Origin: Candidatus Omnitrophota bacterium
Lineage (GTDB): Bacteria; Omnitrophota; Gorgyraeia; Gorgyraeales; Gorgyraeaceae
Direction: 5' to 3'
Assembly (NCBI GenBank): GCA_042570105.1
Contig: JBHPHW010000001.1
Location: 19,932 to 83,931 of the forward strand
Length of the DNA stretch: 64,000 nt
Positions 1 to 12,300 of the stretch are shown one piece after another. Below the pieces are notes generated by a model. The model searched no databases. It saw only the letters and a list, made by a program, of their open reading frames with translations, and had not been told where the DNA came from. The first letter of the stretch is position 1, and each line of letters opens with the position of its first letter. The position numbers and the translations under genes are program-made.

Positions 1-1
1 T

Positions 2-320
2 CAAGGATTAAACGATATTATAGGTCGTGTTGAGAAAGTTTTACCCTATATTAATGATAATAGTTTTGATTTGGTGACTATGGTCAATACATTTGGGATT
101 ATGGGGCGCGAGAGGTATGGGGAACCTATTGACCAGGAATGGCTGATGAAAGAAATAGCTAGAATATTAAAACCAGGTTCATTTGTTGCCATATTAGATC
201 CTTTTAGAGATATAACTATTAACAAACAAGAAGAATCAGCCATAAAAGCAGGATTGGATATTGTCCACAGTAAAATCCACTCGCACCCTCATCATTCAGA
301 AAATGTTCTTGTCGCATGCA
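2..320 (+). other. Giant-protein domain: C-terminal half of a class I SAM-dependent methyltransferase
   Basis: LPYINDNSFDLVTM...EIARILKPGSFVAI, typical Methyltransf_11 motifs. Confidence 0.75.
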
Positions 321-3300
321 AGTTCCCTCTAGTAACTCAGGAGGGGCAAATAGAAGATGGTAAGGTCGAAGTCGCCTTTGACTATCTATTTAATCTAGTT
401 GGATTTTCCACTAAATTACGTCGAGTTAGAGAATATGGCAAGACATTGAGAGATTTAATCGATAATCTCGAAGTAAAATATTCTGACATAAGACGTAGAA
501 TTTTAGATAGCGAAGGAGATCTTAGAGAGGTGATAATTATTTCCCGTAATGGAGAGGTGCTTGAAAGAGCTAAGGCCTTGGATACAGAGCTTAATCCTGG
601 CGATGTGGTACAGATTTTTCATAGGGTAGGTGGCGGATCAGGCACTGAGCTTGAAGCGGATTTGACCGAATCGCTTTATGAACTGACAGGTATAGAAAAA
701 CGTATTTGGCAGCACGCCATTAAAGAATTAAAACCTGAAGAGATAGCCCTATTGGACGAAAGGCTTAATTCCCCAGGTTTAGTAGGCCCCTTGCTTATTC
801 ATTTCTATCTGGATACTTATGTTGCAAGAGATAATGGTATTGAGAAGTTAGCAGTACTAGCATTAGATTATCTTGCACAGGAAGATATTGATATAGAAGC
901 TGTCATTAGAGACGAGCACAAAGAAGAATTTGAACAGGTCAGAAGGTTATACTTATGGTATCAATGGAGGATAATAGATGGTAAATACATTGAATATTAT
1001 AATTCTGAGGAAATTGCAAGGATGAGTGGAGTAAGTGTGGATATAGTCAATAGTTATAAAGATATGATCCGAAGGCATCTTGTTTGGATGTACAGTTTGA
1101 ACTGGGTTGTTAGGTGCAGGGAAAGGATTAGAGCCAAAGCAAGGACTAGAGGATGGAGCGAAGAGAAACTTCGAGAAGAATTAGGGGTTTCTGAAGAAAG
1201 ATATGGATATATAGGTTGGGTGGCTGAAAGGATCTGGCCTAGTTATGTTAAGAAAGCTAGTGAGATATTTAGAAAAGAGGTTTCTTTCCTGATGTATGGA
1301 GGTGGAAGGGCCGAGGTGCTCGATAGACTACCTATAGGTAGTCGAATCAGACTATTAAGGTATGAGAAAGGCTTAACTCGAGAGGAATTGGCATTGAGAT
1401 ATGAAGGTAACGCTCGGCTAATAGGAGACTGGGAAAGTGGAATAAGAATACCCAACCCTAACAATATGAAACAATTAGCAGAGGCATTAGGCGTAGAAGT
1501 GAGTGAGGTAATGTATGGTCTAGAGAGAAGCGAGGCATTAAAGGTATTGACCATGGGTGGTCGGATCGAACTATTTAGGTATGAAAGAGGCTTAAGCCAA
1601 AGAGCGCTGGAATCGGAATGTGACATCAGAGTGAATGGTACAGTAGGGGCGTGGGAAAAAGGAAGGGGTATTCATAGAGCCGATGAAGTGAAAAAATTAG
1701 CAGAGGTATTAGGCGTAGAGGTAAGTGAGATTTTGCATGGCCTAGAGAGAAGTGAGGCATTAAAGGTATTAACCCCAGGTGATCGGGTCGAACTATTCAG
1801 ACATGAAAAAGGCCTAGCTAAGGGTAAGTTGGCATCGATGATGAAAGGCATCCCTCTCCCTGAGCGAACGAAAAAGCTGGCAGAAATATTAGGCGTAGAT
1901 GTAAGTGAGATTTTGTATGGTTTAGAGAGAAGTGAGGTATTAAAGGTATTAACCCTCGGTAAGCAAATTAGATTATTTAGGAATGAAGAAGGTTTGACTC
2001 AGGGAATGTTGGCATCGAGATGTGATGTTAATGACTCGACAGTAGAACGCTGGGAAATGGATATAAGAACACCTGAACCTGACAATATGGAGAAGCTAGT
2101 AGAAATATTCCCAGAGCTATCTCAAATTGGTGAGTCGGGCACTGATGGTTCGCCAATAGTTATTGCTGATTGGGATACCCAAGTCGAAGAAGGTCTCAAA
2201 CGTTTATTGTTCACGCCGGTATTTGAAGATAACGAGGCGCTTTGGCAGAAAGCCCTTACGCTATTGCGCACTGATCCGCCACATAGCTTACGATCTCTAT
2301 ATCAAACCTTTCAACGCGTGTTGAATAAAAAAGGATTTCCATTTGGCAAATTCCAAGAAACCTACCGTGGTCGCATTAACTTTACCGAAGAATTGCAGCC
2401 TCCAGTATTAAAGCCATGGCAGGAAACCGAACGCCCATCACTAGATACCATAGCCTATGTAAAGCTACAACAGCGCAAGTTGCTTCATGCGGTCTGGCGG
2501 AGATTACCTTATATATTACATGCTGACCCCGAGAGTCAGTTCGAGATCGTTATTTCAACTATGGGAGAAAATGATATCTTAGATTTACCTCGTAGGGAAG
2601 ATGTACTTTGGGTTGATGTACTTTTGAAGGGAGATACGCCCCTCTATAGAGAACTGAATGCCAAACTGCCAGGGCTAGATTATGAACAACTTCAAGGATC
2701 TCTTGGGATCATTAAACTGATTGCTGCAACCAATGAGCATAATGAACCTGTTTTGATCGCTCCCTGGATAGGAGTAAATCCAGGTATATGGAAATGGGCA
2801 AGTAGAGAGCGGAGTCAGGTTGAAGGGTGGCATCGTGAAGCGCTAACAGCATTAGAACTTCTTAAGGATCAGATTGGTGTAAAGGAAATCCTAATTCCTA
2901 CAAGCACACAGATGAAGGCTCTGCCGCCGTTACAGCAAAAGATTAACGACCATCCACCCTTCGAAAATGTCTTGGGTTTACATTACAGTCGACCATCACC
3001 CCAACACAAGGAAGTTACTCGGACCGTTACTTTATGGAATAACGAGGCAGAAATGACAGCAAAATTCTGGAGTACTGTCTCTGATGGTTCAGAGGGAAGA
3101 GTTGCTCCTTTGATTCCGCAGTGGAAACCGCACCACATAGATGAACGCATTACGGCATTCACACGCAAGGCAAAACTGCATATGTCCGGCATTTTTACAG
3201 AAAAAGAGATTGATAGCGTCATTCAACGGTTTGAGATTATAGACGAATCCTTGTATCGTAGGCATTTTAGTTTGATTACCGTTGAGTCTAGCTCACCGGG

Positions 3301-6300
3301 GGATGAAGAGAGTCCTTCAGAGAACGCATTGTACTTGTTGCAGGTGGCACCTACCCTTCTTGGCGTGAGACCCAAGAGTTATGTCTTAGTAGATTGGCGA
3401 GCAGGGGAGAGTTTTAGTGACATTGAAAAATGGATTTTACAACTCAATGCACTTGCTCCATTGCTATTGCACGTTAATAGAGAACTTGCTCTTAATGTGC
3501 CGTTTGGACAGAGCTTGATTGTTGTCCGTGATTCTGTGATTAATGAACGATTAAATGACCTTATTCGCTCATCAGGATGGGGTCGCGGTATAAGTTATAA
3601 GGAAGAAGAATACGAGTATTGGGCAAAAGAAGGGTTTCCTAGTTTATATGTGGACTTGATGAGGGAGAGAACGAGGCTAGACCAGTCAAAGCCTTCTACA
3701 GGTATTTGGTCTCGTTGGTTAGAAGGAGTTGGCGTGCCGGAGATTGATACGTTGAGCGATGCGGAAACTGTATTATTACAGAGAGAGCTTGATCGATTTG
3801 ATGCAACACTCGAGCTTATGGCTGACTACCTCAGAGAAGTCTGGGGTGTTCCCATAGACTTTCGCAGACTTCCACGATTATTAGGCAAAACAGCTACACG
3901 AAGACGAACTAGAGTAGTTCCGAGGATTTCACTGCCTAAGCAGCAAACGTCTGATCCTGTAACTGACTCATCGGAATCTTCTTATTCAAGACTTAGTTCA
4001 GATCGAAGATTTAGCGTAGATAGCATTCTTATAGATAGCCACCAAGAGCAAGTACGTGAAATCCTGGCAGGATTTATACTTGGTGAGATAAGTGAAGTAG
4101 AGGCAATAGATAGAATTATAGCTTTAGGAATTGACAGAGGTTTGGCAGAGGCGTATACACTGCAGGTTCAAAGCCCTCTTATGATGCTCGGTGGGAAAGA
4201 ACCAGACCCTGCCGGTGGGACGATAGGTACTGCGGTTGTGCCGTTAGATATCCTACCAGACACTGCAGGTGAGCCTGAGACTGATTTTAGCGATTCTAGC
4301 GAATGGGAAACGCCTCTACTTTGGTTAGGGCATGTATTAAATTTATATGATAGTAAAAGTTTTATGAGAAAGGGTAGAGATGTTTCAGATCGGCGCATAT
4401 CGGAAACTGCTCATGGATTTGATGGTCTGCATTTTGATAAAAATAAAGAAGATGCCCTTTATGAATATTATAAGCTTTGCTTGGAATGGGAGCAGGGCTT
4501 GGTGGATTCAGAAGCGATCGATAAGTTTCTGTCTGAGCTTTGGGAAAAAGAGAAACTCATAAAAGAATTAAGCAAAGAGGATAATTGGTATTTGTTTAGC
4601 GCTCTACGTGATGAGAGACAACGTTTTATTTCGATTTCTTGTGCAGAACATTGGTATAGGAATATGGGAATACGTTTGGGTGGGTTGGAAAATAAAATTG
4701 CCAAGACATGTCTTGAGATGATGAAGAAAGATATGGGATCTTTTTCCATGGTTATTCTCCCATTAGTGACAAGTATTATTTCTCACATGCCGCCTCCAGG
4801 GTTGGAGGATTCCGAAGGCTTGGCTGTTATTAGTGAGGTTTCTTTCTGGCAATCGTCTTCTCAAGATAGGCGCTTACGCAGTATTTTTATGCAATTTTAT
4901 CATTTTGTTCCTCATGGGATTTGGGCAGATTATTTAGAAAAACTGTCAAAACACCTTTCTCCTAATGAGGCCCGTCCGATTATTAAGAGGGCTGTAGATA
5001 TTCTAGAAAAGATTTGGAGAGGCCAGCAGAAAATAGATGAAGATTTAGAAGGCCAAATATTACCTCTTTCAGAAGAAGAATGGAGTCGAGAGGTTTTTAT
5101 GTTCTATCTTTTTTTAGCACTAGAAGAAGGTTGTAGTCGGGGTGACATAGAACGCCTTGTGGTAAGGACTATTATTAATCCTGAGACATTACGTATATTC
5201 CCACAAAAAGAATTAGAAAGATTGGAAGCTATTTTAAACGAGATAAAAGAAAGAGGAGTTCCGCCAAAATGGGCTGAGGGTTTACTTGAAAGACAAACTC
5301 ACCTAGAAGCTGAGATTAATAGACGTAGTGGCAAGAGTTCTCAGGATAACGTTTCGGCACAAGAGACCCCTGATGGATTTGTAGTTAAAGGTAAAGCATT
5401 TTTTAATATAGCTTGGAGACATCAATTTGTTCAAAAACTCGATGTAATTTTTGAAAAACCTATACGACACGCAACACGAGAAGTGATGCTAAAGAGTTCC
5501 CTTGAATTTTTATCTGAGGTAGTCGAAAAACGTTCCCTTGACCCTGTTGAAAGAGGAAGTTTACTTGAATGGATGAATGCACCTTACCTCAGTTTAAGCA
5601 GCCATTACTTAATTGTATCGGTATTCTTAAAGGATTTCAAAGCTCGCGCGAAAGAAAGAGCCATTCCAGAGGAAAATATACCATCGATTATTCAAGATAT
5701 AAGAGAAAGAAATACTCTAGTTGCTGACTTACCAGGTTCAGATGTAACAGCAAATGATAGACTAGAATATTTTCGCCAGAACTTGGGTGAATCCTCAGAT
5801 CTCATTCCTTTTGGCTGGGGATATGTGGCCTGTAGTGGAATCCAGGATCCTACGATATATTTCTTAGATCCTCAAGGTTACATAAGTCTACAAAGTTTCA
5901 ATCTTAAATGGGCCTTGGAGAAGAATTTTGATGTACCTTATCCGGTATTACAAGCTTATCCTGAATGGGATATAGGTAGTCTATCGGGCTGGTGGATTGA
6001 AGCAGAAGATTTTGAAAAGCTGGTTCCCAAATTATTAGAAGTGAAAGATTCTGCACCAGAAGAAATCAAGGAGCAATTGGAGAGACTCAGACAGGAGATT
6101 ATAGAAAGATGTAATGATTCGCCTTATTTAACTTGGGAAGGGTCGATTGGAGTAATACATGGTCTTTTGCGCCAGTATCCAGGCTGGAAAGATGGCGAAG
6201 GCCTCCTAAAGGAATTAAGAGAAATGCCAAGGGCTCCAAATGGAACGCAGGATAACGAGATAGCCTTCTTCCATATTTTTGGAGATGGTCACGCACAACG

Positions 6301-9300
6301 CTTACCCGATGTTTTAAATATGAAACACTGTAGTCGTGATTGGCGACTTTATGGTCAGATGGGGAAACCTAAATTTAAAATTGAAGCTCGGTGGGGATTA
6401 GATGGTAGATGTAGGGCAACTTTAGGTGGAAGGGCTTATATTGGAGGATCAGGACCTAGGACTTACAGGTTTAGTTTTAAAGACGGAGATTTTACTACAG
6501 AGAAGACCCTTGATGCAATGTGGGTCAGATTATGGCCACATGAGAAGGAGCATAAACTTTTGGTCACCTCTAATAGGGGTATGACCCTTTTTGTTAGAGA
6601 TGAGCAAGATGTAAAAGTTTTATGGGAGCTTCCTTTAGCCATGCAGGTTGTTGATAGAGTCAGATGGATTGGAGAAGGAGATCGTCTATCGTGGCTATTA
6701 GTTGAAACTCCAGATAAAGTTTTTATTGTTGATGCAAGAACTGGAGAAATAAAAGAAAGGTTCCACTTACCTATTAAGGGAGTAGATATCGAATGTGATT
6801 TTGAGGATGAGGATTATAAATATCTATATTTAACAGTACATACCCATAATCTAGCTGGCGGACATATTACTGAAGAAGGTATTCAGTATGGACCAGTCTG
6901 GTCGGTTGATCTTTTAAAAATGGCAGAGGAGGAGGGAGAAGTACGGCAGAGCCCTCTACCGGTTACGCCGCGTGTCATTGAGAAGTTGCGACAAGCGCTA
7001 AAAGAGGTCAACGTAGATACGACGTCACTTACCGATGAACAGATCGAGCAGTTATACAGGATCATTCGCCACCGGGAGAGAAGGCCTAAACAGCATCTGC
7101 GTCAGATTGCAGATCTTACGCGGGGGAGTAGTTTGGGATGGAATGTTAGTATGCGCCAGCGCGTGAGAGACGTATTGGCAGATTTTGCGAAGACAGCTCT
7201 TACGGAAAATCTTACAGGTAGACAGTTACAGGAGATTGGGGCTGGACAACAGGTGAGGGTGTTGACCGGGCAGGGTCTTGATTACGTCATCAAAGTTCAG
7301 AGGTATAGGGAGGAAATCAGAGCCACGTACGACAGAATGGACGTTGATCCCCAAAGCTTCGAATATCAATTTGCGGTCAGGAGAACATTTGAAGGCTATC
7401 AAGAGGGCAATCGGACCGCAGAGGAGATTCTGAAGGACACTGGGACGATTTTGGAAATTGAGTCACTTGCCAGTCACGGTGTTTCGCTGACGTTTACTAA
7501 TAAAGCCGGTGAGCAGGAAACCGTTTCTCCTGACTCCTTTGAAGTGCAAAAGCGGGCTGACTACACAGGTGGTGAGATGTTGGAACGATTGATTAATGAA
7601 GGACGAATCGATGAAGCGAAGCAACTACTTACGGACTTCTTTGAACTCAATCACAAGCTCTGGCGTCTCGGTGTGTTGCTCTATGATTTTAATATCCTAG
7701 AAAACATCGGAGTGATGGTTGATGCCGATGGTCAGTTCCAGCTGTATTTGATGGATTTTGGGGCTACATTGCGCGAATCACCACTAACGCATCGATGGGT
7801 AAACACACTCTTTCCTACAGGGTTTTTTATGGGAGGAGATACCATCTTTGGAAGGTCACCACATATTGTAGTGTTGAAGGATGAATTGCGGCGCTTCGGG
7901 GATACGAACGGCGAGGTGTTCAGTCACTGGGTGAAGTTGGTTAGAGAGTATCTCACTATTGGACAGTTTAATGCTATCTGGCGCATCGACGTTGTTGATC
8001 AGGGGATAGTAGATGAGAAGCATCCTATCTCTAGCAGCTGGACGCGGAAGGCTATGGTCACTTCAGGATTAGGTGCTGTTATTTCAGCTGGTCTAATTGG
8101 ACTAGCATCGCAATTACCCGAATTAAAGAATATCCTCTATATTATACTTCCTGTGTTGGGAGTGAGCTTTATCTTTACTAACGGTATCCTTTATGCCCTT
8201 CATCGTAATCTCAGGAGGCTGGAGGATCAGATTTCCACTGGCACTATCCGTGCTGGGCCGCATTCCTTAATAAGACCTTTCCACAATGCCCTTCCCAGTG
8301 AAGAAAATTCGCCTTATCTTGCTTATGCAAACTCAGGCATCCTTTATGTAAATAAAGGAGCGCTCACCAATCTTAATCCTATTTTACAATACGCAGTTTA
8401 CCTACATGAATTAACCATACATATTATTCCTTATATTCTTTGGGGGATCTTCTGCGATTTGCTGTGGATTAAAAGAGGAATTCGAGAGGTTAAGATAGGC
8501 CAAGTTCATTTAATAACTGCTAGACATTTTGATAATAGAACTATCAACGAATTTCGACTTGCTTTAGATAAATGTCAGAATAAAAAAGAGGTTCTTGGAC
8601 TTTTGGAGAAATATCAACCTCTTCTGGAAGGGACTGAAAGGGCTGTAGAGCAAATCCTTCAATATGTAAAGCAGGGTAAAAAAGTAGCCGTCGGCGTAGA
8701 GCAAGATCCTTCTGCCTTAAAAGAAATTTTACAAGAAATGCCAGAAAACATAGCAAATTTAAGAATAATAATGCAGAGGAAAAGAATTGATTGGACTGAT
8801 GCGAATTCCGATATCTTTGAAAAAATAATTTCCATTTATTCAAAGATCGCAGGTGTCTTGTATTTCAGCCACAAAGAATTACTCGACAGTGGTCAAGTTG
8901 AATTAATAGGACTAGATTCAGACCGCTTAAGAAATGTACCAAGCATAGTTACTGATGATGCGAGGGGGCAAGCTATTGCGCTCTTAGGAACTCTTTCTCA
9001 GATGAGCATGGAGGTCGTCGAGGAAGAACTGGAGATAAGAGATGCTCATATGTCAAAAAAGATTTTGTCCTATTATAAAAATCCAGATAAAAGCGATGTT
9101 ACGTTTGTAGTGCTTCTTGGTTCAAGACATTTTAGGCGAATGAAGAACAATTTGATTGTACTAGGTTTACACGAATTAGTCGATTGGTACGCTCTCCAGC
9201 CAGGTGAAGTATCAGCTAGGTGGATTCGTAAAGCAAAAGATTTGTTGTTAGAATTAAGTCAATATGGCTGGTTAGGTATGGGATATTTAAAGGATTTATC

Positions 9301-12300
9301 CCCCGATGTAATTATAAAGCTTTCCAGAGCAATCTATGTCCACAGGAAGAAAGAATCTAACGATTTTGAGGGATCAGAGGTTGTTGAGAGGTTTTGGAAA
9401 AACAGTCATATTACATACGAATATGCAGAAAGATTTGGTGAGGTTTATGCTTATTGGTATGCGCAGCTCGATGATGCCAAGAAAAGCGGGAAATTAATAA
9501 AACTACCTACTTTTGGAGAAGATGATGAAGTACTTGATATAGGTTCTGGTTTGAGCGGGCTTAATATAATAGAAAATTGGGATAGTCCTGCAAGAATAAC
9601 ATTACTGGGCAATGACCCATTTGTTATAGCTATGTTAATGACTGCCAAACGTATCTACGGTAGAAATAATATCAAAATAGTTTATTCATATGTTAATGAA
9701 TGGAGATTTCCAGAAGATACGTTTACCTATATCCGCGCAGATAAGATTTTACCGTATCTCTCAGAAGAAGAAAGGGAAAGGCTTTTTGAAGAAGTTTATT
9801 CTGCTTTACGAAATGGAGGTACATTTGCTTCAGTAAATATAACAGACGATTTGGATCTCCCAGAGGAATGCGCAAGCAGTTTAAGGGAATTAGGTTTAGA
9901 TGCTGTAGTCCGTCCTTTGCCGTATGAATTTGATGAAATATCCGATGCTATAAAAGTTGGTATTTTTGCAGTTAAAAAATCGGGAGGTATAATCGATTCG
10001 CAGCTGAGTGAGCGTGGACGAAAGTTAGTGGAGTGGGTCGAAGAATCCCAGGGCGTTGATGTTACCGAGCTTCGGGAATGGCTAGACTTTACAAAGATTC
10101 GGAACGAAGCGCAAGGGGGATTTGTCATTCTGGATTGGACGACGTTCTGGGGATTGTCGTGGGGATCATTGTCTAGTTTGATCAAGACAATTGTCAGTGA
10201 CAATCTGGAGCCTCTTGATGATGCATTGCGAAGAGAGAAGCAGTACATTGTTTCGAGCGCTGAGAAGGCATTGCACGAAGCCATTAAGAATGCCGAGATA
10301 TGGGGCAGCGACCACCTACCAGGACATTTAGCCATTGTCACGTGGCATATCGCGCCAGACGGACTGACATTTCATATTATTGATGAAGCGGTGGGACAGT
10401 CAGATACAGAGCTGGAATCCCCCAGACTGGTTCCAGGCTCCAGACCTCTTCCATCTGATGGATGGATAGGTGATGGAGAAGGTATTCGACAGATTGAGCA
10501 GTTGGGTTTCAGTGTTGAGGCCCATGCGATCGTTAAGGATGGTAGCCGTCTCGGGACGGATGTGATACTTCGAAAGAATTTCGTAGCTCGCAAGGGACAG
10601 ATTTCTAGCAGGCTCAAGAGATTTTTAATTGTTCCATCAGTTGTAATAGCTGGTTTGTTTCTGTCGGGATTCACTGGTGACTATGAGGATGTTTTAAATT
10701 TAGTACTGGGTATTTTTTCTGCAGTAGTGCTTATAGGTGCATGGGGATATATCTTGTCGCCAAAACTGGTAGAGTGGTGGGGACACTTCTGGGATTGGTT
10801 TAAGGGATATTATCTTCAGATAGGAATCGTACTCTTAGTAATTGGCGTCTCTTTTCCTATTTTTCTATATCAGGGTAATATAAAGGAGGTAATGGGAGAG
10901 TTTGGTTATCTGGGAGCATTCCTCATCTCAATGGTTAATAATTTGACAGTAATTGTTCCTGGACCGGGTATTTTAGCAGCTATTTCTTTAGCCACAGAAT
11001 TCAATCCTTGGCTAATAGCTTTTTTGGCTGGACTGGGAGCAACTTTTGGTCAGGTTACAAGTTATGGCCTTGGTTACAGTAGCGAGCCAGTAGTTAAGAA
11101 AGTATGGGGATATAAAAGAATATCTGGTGGGATGCGAAGATGGGGAGGTCCATTTATCTTTCTTATGTATTTGCTGCCTCCTGTGTTTCCTTTCGCTGAT
11201 ATTGCAGGCATAATAGCGGGTACCTTAAGGTACCCGCTATTAAAATATTTTCTATATTGTATGCCGGGGAATATTCTAAAACATATATATCTTGTCTGGG
11301 GTGGCGTTTTGGGATGGGATGCCTTAAGTCCCTTTCTCCCTGATATATTCAAATTAGGATCTAGTTCAATCGAAAGTAACATGATGGCCTTTTTGCCATT
11401 TGCAGGCCTTTTCATGGTCGGAGGAGTTTTATCCGGACCCACAACAAAGATAGCAGCAGAAAGAGATGAAAATGGCGTGACAGTAAGCTTACCAGGAAAT
11501 GGAGGGAAGAGTAAGGTAAGATTTTCAAGAGAAGAGGTGCTTATATTGACTGCTCGTGGACAATCTAGCGAAGAATTGGCCGAAGAGACCGGCATAGATC
11601 TACCTAGTAGGATACTATTATTAAAAAGGAGTATTTTTTCCAAGCTAAAAGAGGCCTGGGTAGCGTTTGATACACTTGATGATGCAAGAGATATGTATCT
11701 TAGCGCAATAAAGAGAGAGTTATTAAAGAAAGGGTATCCGGAAGCCATAGTTAATGTGGCGGCCATGAGCGAGACTCCCTGGAAGGAGGCAAGAAGAGTT
11801 CTCAATGAAATACAAATACGCCTCGATGAAGGACGTTCACCGAGTTTAGCCCTTCCGTGGGCAATTATATATCGCTCACCTAGACAAGCAATAAATCTGG
11901 GCACAGAGATAGCTATGCAGGAATTTTTGAATGAGGCATCTTCCCCTGAAAGGAGAAATGAATCTATAAGATTTCTTAGAGAACTAGAAAGGGTAGCTCC
12001 TGAAGAAGATATTAATATGGAGATAATAAGGATTTGTTCTCTAAGTCCGGAAACGATAGAGATGTTTGCTAGAGAAAAGAGTTCGGATGTATTCGGAGAT
12101 TTAATTAAAGATGCACTCTCGAAGCCTCTTCTTACGCCAAACCAGAGGAGGATCTTAAACACGGTTAAGGAAAATCCTGGTCTAATAGAAGCAGAAATTT
12201 CCAGAAGAACGGGATTTATGGAGAGTACAGTTACCCGAAATATAAGGATACTTGAATCTAAACGCCTGGTTCAGACAGCGAGGGTAAAAGGAAGGGTTGA

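Noticed and set aside
71-73. TTG at 71 as the start of the giant gene
   Set aside because: The frame is open to nt 2 and the codon lies inside a methyltransferase domain.
11074-12162. 362-aa minus-strand ORF
   Set aside because: Antisense shadow of the giant gene; Ser/Leu/Ile-rich with no recognisable motifs.
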